The translations under genes and the position numbers were made by a program. From Phyllosticta citribraziliensis (Eukaryota), in the NCBI RefSeq assembly GCF_038025025.1, contig NW_027117349.1:1116001-1180000 (forward strand): 64,000 nucleotides of DNA, written 5' to 3'. The notes under the pieces were generated by a model. The model worked only from the letters and a program-made list of their open reading frames with translations. It was not told where the DNA came from and did not search any database. Shown piece after piece: positions 1-10,864 of the stretch; the stretch's first letter is position 1; every line of letters starts with the position of its first letter.

Positions 1-49
1 TCTCCGGTGGCGCACAGTCCGGTTCCGACCATCCGGCCAATCTCAAGAA

Positions 50-1803
50 ATGACACGTCCATCATCCCCCCACGATGTCGAAAAAGCAGCAATCTCGGCG
101 CCAGCCTCGTCAAGCGATGGCATCGAAATGATGGAGCGAAGCACATCGATAGACAAAAATTCCGAAGACCGCCTACGGCCTGGAACGGAGCCAGACCAAA
201 AAGAAATGGACTGCGCCAAAGTAGACGAAAAAGACCAAAATCAAAATCTCGTACGCAGACTTTGACTACTTCTCGCGTGCACACAGAATGGCAAACTGAC
301 AGAGCAAAACAGGTGACGTGGAACGGCGATGCGGACCCCGAGAATCCCAAAAACTGGAGCAGAAACCGGAAATGGGTGGCCTGCGTGTTGCTCTCCCTCT
401 TCAATTTCGTTGGTCCGCTCTCTTCTGCAATCGCTGCACCGGCACTGGATTCCATAGCTGCAGACCTCAACACGACAAACACGGTTGGTGTCATGATCCT
501 ATCCATTTACATGCTCGCATTCTCCGTCGGACCGCTCTTCACCAGTCCCCTGAGTGAGCTGTATGGTCGTCTTTCCGTCTTGCAGATTTGCAACACATTT
601 TTCTTCATCTTCAACACAGCGTGTGGTTTTGCTCGGTCGAGCAGCCAGATGCTGGCTTTCCGCTTCCTGTCCGGAATTGGCGGGTGTGCAGCGCAATCGG
701 TATTCTCGCAAGCCAATCCTTTGGAGCATTCCTTTGCTGACACATTGAAAGATAGGCGGAGGCATTCTGAGCGACATGTTCACGCCTCTCGAACGTGGCA
801 AGGCTCTCGCGGTGTATAGTATTGCCCCGCTCCTGGGACCCATCGTTGGTCCAGTCGCGGGTGGTTTTCTCGTCGAATACGTATCCTGGAAGTGGTGTTT
901 CTGGATAATCTCTATCCTCGATGTCCTCGTACAAATTTGCGGACTCATCTGTCTTCGTGAGACTTACCCGCCGGTCCTATTGCAAAGAAAACGCGACGTT
1001 TTGATCAAAGAGACTGGGAACGCGGAGCTGAGAACGGAGTTTGATGGCAGCAAGGATTGGAAGCGACTGCTCAACGTCAATCTGCAGCGGCCATTCTTAC
1101 TGCTTGGAACTCAGCCCATAGTGCAAGTGATGAGCTTGTACATTGGATATGTTTATGGGCTGGCCTTTTTGGTCTCTGGTAAGATGAACTCACAGCTGGG
1201 GACGATCATTGCTGACAATTTCAAGCGACTTTCCCTATGGTCTGGGAGGGCGTGTATGACGAATCTCCCTCCATTGCATCTCTCAATTACATGTCGAGCG
1301 GAATAGGAGTCATAATCATGTCGCAATTGTCTCCTCGACTGGGCGATCGCATCTTCAAAAGACTCATTGCTCGCTCTCCCAACAACCAATCTCGCCCAGA
1401 GTTCCGCCTCCCATTGCTCTTCCTCGCCGCGACCATGTTGCCTGTCGGACTCCTGATCTATGGCTGGAGCGCAGAGAAAAGAGTCCACTGGATCGTACCA
1501 AATATTGGTGCCGCCATCTTCAGCGCAAGCACGTTTGTGACGTTCATGTGCGTCCAACAGTACTTGATCGACGCTTACACGGTCTATGCTGCCAGTGCAC
1601 TCGCTGCCTCGACCGTTCTGCGAGGGCTTTGCGGCTTTGCCATCCCCTTATTTGCGCCAAGCATGTACAAAGACCTCGGATTTGGTTGGGGAAACACGAT
1701 ACTGTCGGGGGTTGGGATTGTCGTCGGATTTCCGGGAGCTTTCATGCTTTGGAAGTGGGGTGCCGCTCTGCGAGCCAAAAGCCAATACGTGTCCAAGAAG
1801 TAA
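50..1803 (+). CDS. MFS drug:H+ antiporter (DHA1 family) multidrug transporter, 4 exons
   Basis: ATG at 50; GT-AG introns at ~251-312, ~700-755 and ~1179-1225 join the ORF pieces. DHA1 motifs WNGDADPENPKNWSRNRKW, PLSELYGR, RFLSGIGG, LRETYPPVLL, PEFRL, YLIDAY. Confidence 0.93.
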
Positions 1804-1964
1804 CACTGAGTTGAACCAAACTTTGAATGGGCCACCAGGGACACATGAATTGGCAAGATTTCAGGATTTGTGAGGGGCCGATCGCCGGCTGGATATGTCG
1901 ACGCACCAGTGCAAGTCGCCGACGCGTGTGACAAGCTTGGCCAAACGTCCAAGTACACGGCGAC

Positions 1965-3155
1965 TTACCACAGATCCCAGACGCGGAGCAAGCATCCTAA
2001 ATTTGTCCCCCAATTTTTCAGACCCCCTTGGGAAGGCAAGCAGGATAAAAATCCCTCCAGCTGGGCAAGAACAGCAGCTTGCTCACGCGGCCCAGCGGTG
2101 AGCTTGGTCCATGACCACATGGGTGTAACGCTCACATAACACATGTTTTTGTATTTCCTCGAGACAACCGCACACTCGGTCGGCAACACCGAGCGGCCGC
2201 AGATATTGATGTCGTCTTGCTCAGGAGTCAATAATGGCACCCTGTAGTTGGCTCTGCTCAGAACGAAGTTGAAGTTGCCATGGCTGCACTGTCCGCGATG
2301 ACGGTACTTTGGGAAGTTGACGTTGAGGACTGTCCCCTCGGGAAGGAATGGATGTCCATTTGCGAGAATGCGATTGGTAAGGTTGACAGCTAGCTCAGCG
2401 TAAGCAAGCTGTTCGGTGGTTGTTGGTGAATTCCAGGCAGATCTTTTCTTGTTCCAGCCGGCAAAAGCGATGCTAGGAAGTTTGAAGATCCGGTTGGCGA
2501 GGACAGCAGCTCCAGTCGTTCCTGACTTGCTATTCTTGTAGCCATAATTATGGCCTCTATTCGGCCCGACAAGAACCATGTCTAATTGCGGGTGCGATTG
2601 GTTCGTAGCGTGTTGCGGCCAAGTGCCGTTAACGCCGTCTACCATGGAGGCATAGGCACTCCCTTCCACCCAATGAAGGCTGTGGTCTTTCTTGTCGACT
2701 CCTATGTTTCCTTTGGAAGAATGACCACAGGAATCATACTGGCAGCCTTTTCCAACGTTTTTGCCCAATTGCCATTTGTCACCTGCAGCACTGCATTAGC
2801 GTATACCATTTGTAAACCTCGTAAACTTGCCCTTTTTGGATTTGTCTCGAGTCGGTGCGGATACAATGACATTGTGGCCAAATCTCTTTAACTCGTCATA
2901 AAAGACTCGGAATTGTTTCTCTGCCCACCCGTCGTCGTTGGTCAGCAGGAGATTTGCCCGTCGATGCGTATCGACGAAGGATACGTTCCAAGGTTCTTCA
3001 GCGGCGTATTGTTGTTCCTGATTCTTGGGGTCGAGTAGTTCCAAGTCTACGGTTCTTCCAAAAGCGTCGAAGAATGTTCTTGGGGGCTTGTTCTTTGCAG
3101 CAACATTGTTCGCAAGAGCCCAGAGAACGCAAAAGAGAAGGCCGAGGAATTGCAT
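1965..3155 (-). CDS. surE: Secreted SurE-family acid phosphatase/nucleotidase, 2 exons
   Basis: Hydrophobic signal peptide MQFLGLLFCVLWALANNVAA; SurE motifs LLLTNDDG, VSAP, GPNRGHN..SGTTGAA and LNVNFP. A GC-AG intron at 2783-2830 joins the two ORFs in frame. Confidence 0.88.
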
Positions 3156-4397
3156 TTTGTCGAATTGGGATGTTGGTGTTAATGGAGACAGTGCTGGGAC
3201 AACTTATAGGCCTGGAGACACATCCTGTTCATTGGAACCACGGAATACTGTACCATTCAATTTTGTTGAAGTAAACATGAACAGCGCGTGGCGTGCTTCG
3301 GTCGCCGCAGTGACCAACAAGACGTTGTAATTGTCGTCCCAGTGGGAGCGGTCGTTCCTGGACGCCCGCTGTGGCAACGCTGCTGTGGCAGTGTAGCGTA
3401 GAGACAAAGGCAAGCGTTGTTGAGTGCAGGAGTAAGAAAGGTTCCGAGATGATTGAACGCTGCGCCTTGTTGAAGGAAAACAGATGAGTAGATTGGTGTT
3501 CCGTCGGTGGTTGATGCAAGCGAGAAGAAAGTCATGGCCGGTAGCCACGCGCCTTGCCTTCCCCGCAAGAACCTGACAGCAACAACAACAACAGCAGCAA
3601 CAACTATAACGAACGACGGCAACGACGCCCATCGAGACCTATCTCGTCATTTCTGGCTGTGCCCTTTCCGACACCTGGCGCGAGGCGATCAGGAACAGCT
3701 ACAAGCTACGGCCGGACTGGGCTGATTCCCCAACCCACCCTCTCGCCCCAGAACACTTTCAGCGGACCCAAGGGAGCAAACAAGTTTCGCTTTGTTGGCT
3801 GAGGGCAACCGAACCAAGGAGAGTCTCTTGTCAATCACTTCTCTAGTTCAGTTCTTGTTGAGTAAAATGTCTACAAATGGCTACAATCGGAGCGTGATGC
3901 GCGTCGACTGCCTCGCGTCGGATTCGCTCACGCGTCAGTTATGGAAAGCCACATGCTTAGACAAGACAAGATTGAAAGTCCTCTTGAATGAGTCGCGCAC
4001 AGGCCGGCCATAGTTCCCCGGTTTCTCCTTGGCCCCCACGGCGCAGATCAATCCTGTCGTGACCTTGTGGAACTCCCCATCAGTTGCTTTGCCGACAGTC
4101 AGAGCTGCACCACCCAGGGAGCATTCGACAATCTGGCGTCCCTTGAAACCCGTTGTACAGTTCCCATGTTTGAAAGCCGGTGTTCAAGTCGCACGCTGTT
4201 CTTTTGTTATGTTCACACTTTATCGAACTCACAACACCCAGGAGCACCGTCAAAGGACTTGATGCCTTTTTGGGACAAATGTCCGGTCGGCGGGCCTTTT
4301 CTTTCTGCTATAAGTTGCGCGATCACAGCATCTGTTCGGACGTTGGACAAGCCCAACTTACTGCCACCAGTCTTCCATCCTCGGTCAGCCTGTATCC

Positions 4398-6248
4398 ATG
4401 GAGGGGTTTGACTTGATTGTTATCGGAGCAGGTAAGAAACCGGCTCTTTGATGGGGAGTGAAACAGGAAGGGACATCTCGAGCTCTCCTCTCATCATCAT
4501 GATGAATGCTCCAAAGGAATTCACTCTGCTTGAGACAAGCCTACGAACCTCCAAGGGTTTTCTGACAGTGTCCAGGATGGAACGGCCTTGCGGCGGCAAA
4601 AACCTACATTGAGTTGCATCCAACCGAAAATGTGTTGGTTATTGACTCTGCCGAGTCCATCGGAGGAGTTTGGAGCCAAGAGCGACTCTACCCTGGCCTG
4701 AAAAGCAACAACATGCTCGGAACCTACGAGTTTAGTGACTTTCCGATGAATGAAGAAACTTACGGCGTCAAGGAGGGGCAGCATATCCCGGGCGCTGTAC
4801 TACACCGATACCTGACCGATTACGCGGGGCAATTTATTGGCGAGCGAATTCGTCTTGGGACCAAAGTCGACACTGCCAAGCAAGACGAATCTGGAGCCTG
4901 GTGCCTGAGCACTACGCACGACGATGAAACAGGGAAGCTCCGTACCAAAAGACTGATTGTTGCGACCGGCGTCACTTCTGAGCCAGCAGTGCCACAATTC
5001 AAGGGGCAGGATTCTTTTGCGGCCCCAATATTCCACGCCAAAGACTTTCGCCAACGAGATGACACACTCACGACGTGTCGCAGCGTCACCGTCGTAGGCG
5101 GTGCAAAGTCGGCTTGGGATGCTTCATACGCGTACGCACAAGCCGGAATCTACGTCGAACTAATTATCCGCGAGTCTGGCCGTGGTCCAGTATGGATGGC
5201 GCCGCCATACGTGACCCCTCTCAAGAAATGGCTTGAGAGTCTGCTCACCACTCGACTGCTTACGTGGTTCAGCCCGTGTATTTGGGGTGACGAAGACGGA
5301 TACGGCCTGATCAGACGGTTCTTGCATGGCACGTGGCTTGGCCGCAAAATCGTCGACGGGTTCTGGCACATTCTGGCAGAGGACGTGAAGAGCTTGAACG
5401 GCTACGACAAGCACCCCGAAACAAAGAAGCTGAAGCCGTGGAACAGCGCCTTTTGGATAGCCAGTAGTCTCAGCATCCTCAACTACCCGACCGACTTCTT
5501 CGAGCACGTCCGCCGCAAGCGAATCCGCGTCCACATCGCCTCGGTCGACCACCTCTCGGAGCGTACCGTGCACCTGTCTGACGGACGAACGCTCCCGACT
5601 GACGCCCTTCTCTGCGCAACGGGTTGGAAAGCGAGCCCGCCCATCAACTTCTTGCCTCCCGGCAGCACCGCGTCGCTGGGTCTGCCACACACAACCAAGG
5701 TGGCCGACGCGCTCGTCGAGAAAGCCAACGCAACCATCCTGTCACGCTTCCCTCGGCTCCAGCAGCAACCGCAGCTCCCGCACCGCCCCGAATTCGACAA
5801 CAACAGCCACCCCTTCCGCCTCTACCGGCTCATCGCGCCGCCCACCCACGTCTGCTCGCAGCGCTCGCTCGCCTTCGCCGGCATGACCATGACCACCTCG
5901 ACGGCGCTGATGGCGCAGACGCAGGCCCTCTGGATCAGCGCGTACTTCGACGGCACACTCGCACGCGCGCCCGCCGACACCGCATCTGCATCTTGGAGCG
6001 CACTGCTGCACTCGCAGTTCGGCCGCTGGCGCTACCCGCTCGGCTACGGCGCGCGCGTCCCGGATTTCGTTTTCGATGTCATGCCGTACGTGGATATGCT
6101 GCTGCGCGATTTGGGGCTGCCGACGCGGCGCAAGGGCAGTTGGTGGCAAGATGTGCTGAGTCCGCACAGCGTTAGGGATTATCGGGGGCTGGTGGAGGAG
6201 TGGGCGGAGAAGCAGAGGAGGGAGAACGGGGAGCGTGAGTTGCAGTAG
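4398..6248 (+). CDS. FAD/NAD(P)-dependent flavin monooxygenase (FMO-like), 2 exons
   Basis: ATG 4398, MEGFDLIVIGAG, intron ~4432-4576, then WNGLAAAK (GxGxxG). Further motifs IGGVW, ATG, F.APIFHAKDF (FMO-type) and second Rossmann motif VVGGAKSAWD. Confidence 0.9.
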
Positions 6249-6640
6249 GAGTAGGACGAGCGATTGCTTGATGGGTGGGTGGAAGCTTTTGGCACAGGCA
6301 ACAAGCAGACATACGGACAGACAGATGGCGCAAATCGACATTCAATTGACAATCCCACTTCTTGATCAGCTACGTACGTACGTACAGCATGAGCTCGTCT
6401 TGGCTTCGCCCGCAGGCTACTGACGCCGGACACCGCGCGAAGGTGCGAGCTCGTCGTCCGGCTCCCTCCACGTGATACGCAATATGCTGTAAATGCTTGA
6501 AATTGAGGAACCTGTGTCCAAATGAGCGGGAGAAGGTGCGGACGAGATGGTGGAATAGAAAGGGGACCAGATTGCGGGGAAACTGTTCAAAATGTAGAAA
6601 GAGATGTATCTAGATGCGCGGGAGAAGATGCGAACTACAC

Positions 6641-6880
6641 GGCGGGGCAACTAGCAGAAATAAGGGGAAACTAGGCGTATATGGCGGGGAAACTGGTATT
6701 TTTAAGGGGAAAATGAGCTTATGTGGTGGGGCAACTAGCATAAATAAGGGGAAACTAGGCGTATATGGCGGGGCAACTGGTAGAAATAAGGGGAAACTAG
6801 GCGTATATGGCGGGGCAACTAGGAGAGATAGGGGGAAGATGAGCTTATGTGGTGGGGCAACTGGTAAAAATGTAAGGAGA
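6641..6880. repeat. 42-bp minisatellite, about 5.5 copies in two subtypes
   Basis: Units start at 6641, 6683, 6725, 6767, 6809 and 6851. Consensus GGYGGGGCAACTRG...AGGGGAAA followed by CTAGGCGTATAT (type A) or ATGAGCTTATGT (type B). Confidence 0.9.
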
Positions 6881-6885
6881 TGAGA

Positions 6886-6960
6886 GAGAGAGACTGGAAA
6901 GAAAGACTGAGACTGGAAAGAAAGACTGAGACTGGAAAGAGACTGACTGGGAAGAAAGAC
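6886..6960. repeat. Low-complexity GAGACT/GACTGGAAA tandem repeat
   Basis: Repeated gagactggaaaga / gactga units directly after the minisatellite. Confidence 0.7.
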
Positions 6961-7475
6961 AGATGGCGGATAAGGCGGGGGAAGATGGACGATATCGGGG
7001 TAGATGGCGATGAGATGATGACGAGGAATCGAAGAGAGGAGGGGGAGCCAGACCCTTTTGTGTTCTCGCGGAACGCGGGGCGGTAAAGGACGGACTGAGT
7101 CATCCACAGTCATGAGCTGGACGTTTGGACGGAGATTCGGCGCCTTTGGTTGAAAGAAGGGGGGCAAGGAGGCGTTAAGGTTGTTTGGACGAGAGGAGAG
7201 CTTGACCCGGCCAAGACATCATTCTGCGCTATGCACAACCACTGGCGGCAAAAGGGGCCGTTCTTTGAATATCTGGAAGTCAAGGGACGGCAATGGATTT
7301 GGGAGAGTGTCGGAAATCTGCGTCCGATGGTGTGTTGAGAATTAGTTGGGACGGAGGTCGGGTTTGCTCAGGGGCCACGCAGACCATGGAACGAGAAGGA
7401 GTAGATACGGCTGAATTTTCGATGGAGCAGTCTAACGCGACGATGTTGAGATGCGACTCTAACTATTCGATGTGA

Positions 7476-8516
7476 TCAAGAAACAGGCGCCGACACTGCC
7501 GCGGCGACCTCCATAGTCGGCACAAAGTCTTCCGTCGGGGTGCGACCCATGCCACACTCGGTCGCGACGCCAAAGCTGTTAACGAACTTGGATGCGGCGG
7601 CGATGCGGCGACGAGTGCCGTCTTCATCACGGGGCTGGACCACGCCCAAATAGAGCTCTGAGTCGCCAAGCGGCAAATCTTTCAGCGGTGCGAAGTAAGC
7701 CTCGTCGTCCCTCTCCTTTGGCGCCGACACATGAATCCAGTTGATTTGCCTCTTGACGCCTTCGAAGACAGCGGTCGCAACCTCAACGATGAGACCTAGG
7801 TCCTTGGGTTCCACAAAATGGCGATGACCAATGTCACCGTAGCAAAAGTGGAAGCCCAGCTCGACACCAGGGCTGACAGCGTTGCCGAGACGAACACCCA
7901 TTGTCTTGATATGACCTTTCGCGTCCGCGATGTAGGGCTTGAAATGCGGCCAAACCGCGCCCTCCATCATGGCAAAAGGCGAGGCGACGTCCCACTGGAT
8001 GGCCAGGTCCTCGGCGGGGATGCTCTCCTCGATTTTCTTCAAGTCGCGGATGAGCGCTGCTTCGTAGAGCGGCTCCAGAGCTACTTGGTAGGGCTCCGCA
8101 ATCAAGACCAAGACGTCGATGGGGCAGGGCATGGAGACCTGGAACTTGACGCGTTTCGGAATGACGCCTTCTTCACGCAACTTGCAAAAGGTGGCGTACG
8201 ACTCTTTGGCGTAGACGTCGTAGCTGGTTTGGATGTTGCCATCAAGCTTCTTGACGACCGCCTCCAGTTCTTCGGGGCTGACGGGATCCACTGGGGCCGG
8301 GTTGAATGATGCGTCATACTTCTTCAGGACCTCGGGCGCGTCCTTGAACGCCCCCTGCTGGAAGAAGGTGAAAGATTGCCGGATCTGAGTCTCTCCATCT
8401 GGAATTCGGCGCAGGCGGCCAGGCAAATGGGCGGTGACCTGTCGAAAGACGTCCTCAGTCGATGGAAGGCATACGCTGCCTACAAGATGGACTCCGCGGG
8501 GCTGAATCGAGGCCAT
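7476..8516 (-). CDS. Single-barrel cobalamin-independent methionine synthase (MetE/UROD)-like Zn protein, intronless
   Basis: N-terminal GVHLVGS and RIPDGE; DLAIQWD; Zn-ligand-like GFHFCYGD (HxC); C-terminal GVATECGMGR. Confidence 0.85.
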   Translation of the reverse strand: MASIQPRGVHLVGSVCLPSTEDVFRQVTAHLPGRLRRIPDGETQIRQSFTFFQQGAFKDAPEVLKKYDASFNPAPVDPVSPEELEAVVKKLDGNIQTSYDVYAKESYATFCKLREEGVIPKRVKFQVSMPCPIDVLVLIAEPYQVALEPLYEAALIRDLKKIEESIPAEDLAIQWDVASPFAMMEGAVWPHFKPYIADAKGHIKTMGVRLGNAVSPGVELGFHFCYGDIGHRHFVEPKDLGLIVEVATAVFEGVKRQINWIHVSAPKERDDEAYFAPLKDLPLGDSELYLGVVQPRDEDGTRRRIAAASKFVNSFGVATECGMGRTPTEDFVPTMEVAAAVSAPVS

Positions 8517-9449
8517 GTTCAACTAGTAGCTGGCTTCTGCTCAACTGGTAGTTTTGCCGACCAAATGTCTGGTTCTCGTGAGCTTTAAGACACATGTATC
8601 CAGAAGACAGAACAAAGAAGTTCAAGCGGTCTGGAAACGGCGTACCTCCAAAAAGCTTTTGTAAGTCGATTCTCAGCAGCAAATTCAAATTGCAGGGAAT
8701 CAAAAGTCTGTGCAGCTGAAGAGTCGGCCAAGTCTTTGTCTGTCGTGAAACTGCTGCAGAAGCTGTCATCGAACAAGAGAAAAACGCTGCCGAGTCCAGG
8801 GGCGACATTTGGATCCACTCAATCGCCAGCTGAGAAAGGCCATGTGGGGAATGATGCACAGAACGTGAGCAATGCGGCACAGCCAGCCAAAGAGGGCTGG
8901 CAAAACAGAACAATGCCAATAATAGACCCCCAAAACCATCAGCATATCGGGTGCGCTAGAGAAGAACGCGGTACAATCGAGATGTGGCTGATGGCTGAAT
9001 TGGCAATCAGAACCTCGGAGGCCAAACAATGACTTTGTGCGACCAACCTCTCGCCCTTGAGGGCAAACCTCCGCTTCCGTTTGAGAGCGACATGACGGCA
9101 TGAATGAAGCCATTCTTGATAATCGGTCGACTTTGGCGCGCGAAAAATGGGCGACAATTCGCAATCCAGGTCTGTTTGTACCGCTCAAGTTCGCTGACAA
9201 GATGACCAAAGCGTCGCTAACGATGGAAAAGGGCACAATGCGAGGCGAGCGCGTCGGGGCCCCGCTGTTCTGCTCCAGAGAAGACGATGCTGGGGGTGGC
9301 CGAAACGAGACCTGAGGCAGGCTTGAGGCTTGAGGCCACGGAGCGACATCGGCCAGCCGGAGCTGGGACAAGCACCATTACCAAGCTTCCAAACTCTATA
9401 CAACGCTTCTTTTAACTTCTCCCCAAACCCAAAGCCTCTTCTCGCCATC

Positions 9450-9956
9450 ATGTCCGTCCAACCCCTCGCCGACCCTCCTCGCGACCTCAAGGAAATTGCT
9501 GCGATCGAGCAGTCGCTCCTCTTCCCCACCTTTACCGCCAACGATGCCTGGAAGCTAGGCAACGCGCTGCGAGAGCGCCTGCTCGACTTTCCTGAGCCAG
9601 CCGTCGTCAACATTTCGCTGGCCAACGCCAACCAGCTCCTCTTCCACACAGTCACTCGCTCGGGCACGCAGGCGGACAATGACACCTGGGTTGCGAGGAA
9701 GCGAGCGACCGTGCTTCGCTGGGGCTTCAGCAGCTGGTACATGCACAACAAGCTGGGCGGGGACGAGGCAAAGTTCGCTGCCAAATACATGCTTGGAGAG
9801 CGGGCTGGACAATACGCGATTCACGGTGGCGGATTCCCGGTGCGGGTCAAGGGCGTCGAGGGCATTGTGGGAGTGATTGTCGTGTCAGGGCTGGCCCAGC
9901 ATCAGGATCACCAGATCGTGGTCGAAACCGTCGAAAAGTATCTCAGCAGCCAGTGA
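9450..9956 (+). CDS. UPF0303 / GlcG-HbpS-like (DUF336 fold) protein, Ybr137w-like
   Basis: 168-aa intronless ORF with FPTFTANDAWKLG, DNDTWVARKRATVLRWGFSSW, YAIHGGGFP and VSGLAQHQDH. Confidence 0.85.
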   Translation: MSVQPLADPPRDLKEIAAIEQSLLFPTFTANDAWKLGNALRERLLDFPEPAVVNISLANANQLLFHTVTRSGTQADNDTWVARKRATVLRWGFSSWYMHNKLGGDEAKFAAKYMLGERAGQYAIHGGGFPVRVKGVEGIVGVIVVSGLAQHQDHQIVVETVEKYLSSQ

Positions 9957-10864
9957 CGAACCGAATTGGACACGCAGGATAGGCGTGTAGATATGGACAG
10001 AGATACGATTTTCTTTGGGTATACGCCCCGTCCACGCCGCAAATCTGCATCTAGCTGTCTTGGGTGTTGAGCAACGCGCTGATAGCTGTCCTCCGCAGGA
10101 GATAAGCCACCTTGTTCGAAGCCTCGCCGTCTGCCATGACATGCAGTCTGCTCGTCTGTGGAGAGCAGACTGCGGCGATGATGGGACGCCGAATCATTGT
10201 TCTCGGAGTTTCCCTATCAAAACGATTTGCCAGTACGACGCCTCTGCCCAGGTACATATCCGCTACTCTGCACGTGATGCGGCCGAGCCGCACCATTCAC
10301 AAGCTTTATGCGCGAAGAAATACGCGTTAACAAGGTTCAGTTACCAGCTAAGTCGAAATGGAAGGTGTCGTGCCATTTGCATGTTTTGCCAAGTGACGCC
10401 TTAAGGCATTTCCAACCTCTCATGACAACATCCTCAGCCGCCGGTCAATTGTGTCTCGTTTCATGGTGTCGCCTCTACCTTTATCAATCACGCGGGGACT
10501 ATTTCCCCCTCTCTTATCTGCCCGGGCTGTCTTGCGTGCGCGTATACAGAGTGCCACTCCGCTGTCCCCCATCCCTAAAGGGTCACAGCCGCGAGAAGGA
10601 CCGCGTCCGTCCCGGCCTCGTCAAAACGTCAGCAACACCACTGGTGGGTTACCTTGATATCGCCGTCAGCCTCTTCGCTTCTGCAACGCCCAAGCTCGAA
10701 CCTTTCTTGGCCGTGCCAAACAGGATCTATCCGCTCTCGTGCGGCGTTGCTGCGCCCTCTTCCGACTTGCAATATCAATGCATAGATAAAAGCACGCTGG
10801 CATCCTTCAAACTCGCCCGCAATCTTGCCCCTCCTCCCCGTTTCGCCTCCGCCCACACGCCACC

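Noticed and set aside
4499..4565. ATGATGA ... CTGA in the FMO intron, resembling a box C/D snoRNA
   Set aside because: The putative D box is the CTGAC branch point itself, and no terminal stem or recognisable rRNA guide is visible.
6641..6880. Regularly spaced repeats as a CRISPR array
   Set aside because: Eukaryotic context, contiguous tandem units with no unique spacers, and no cas genes.
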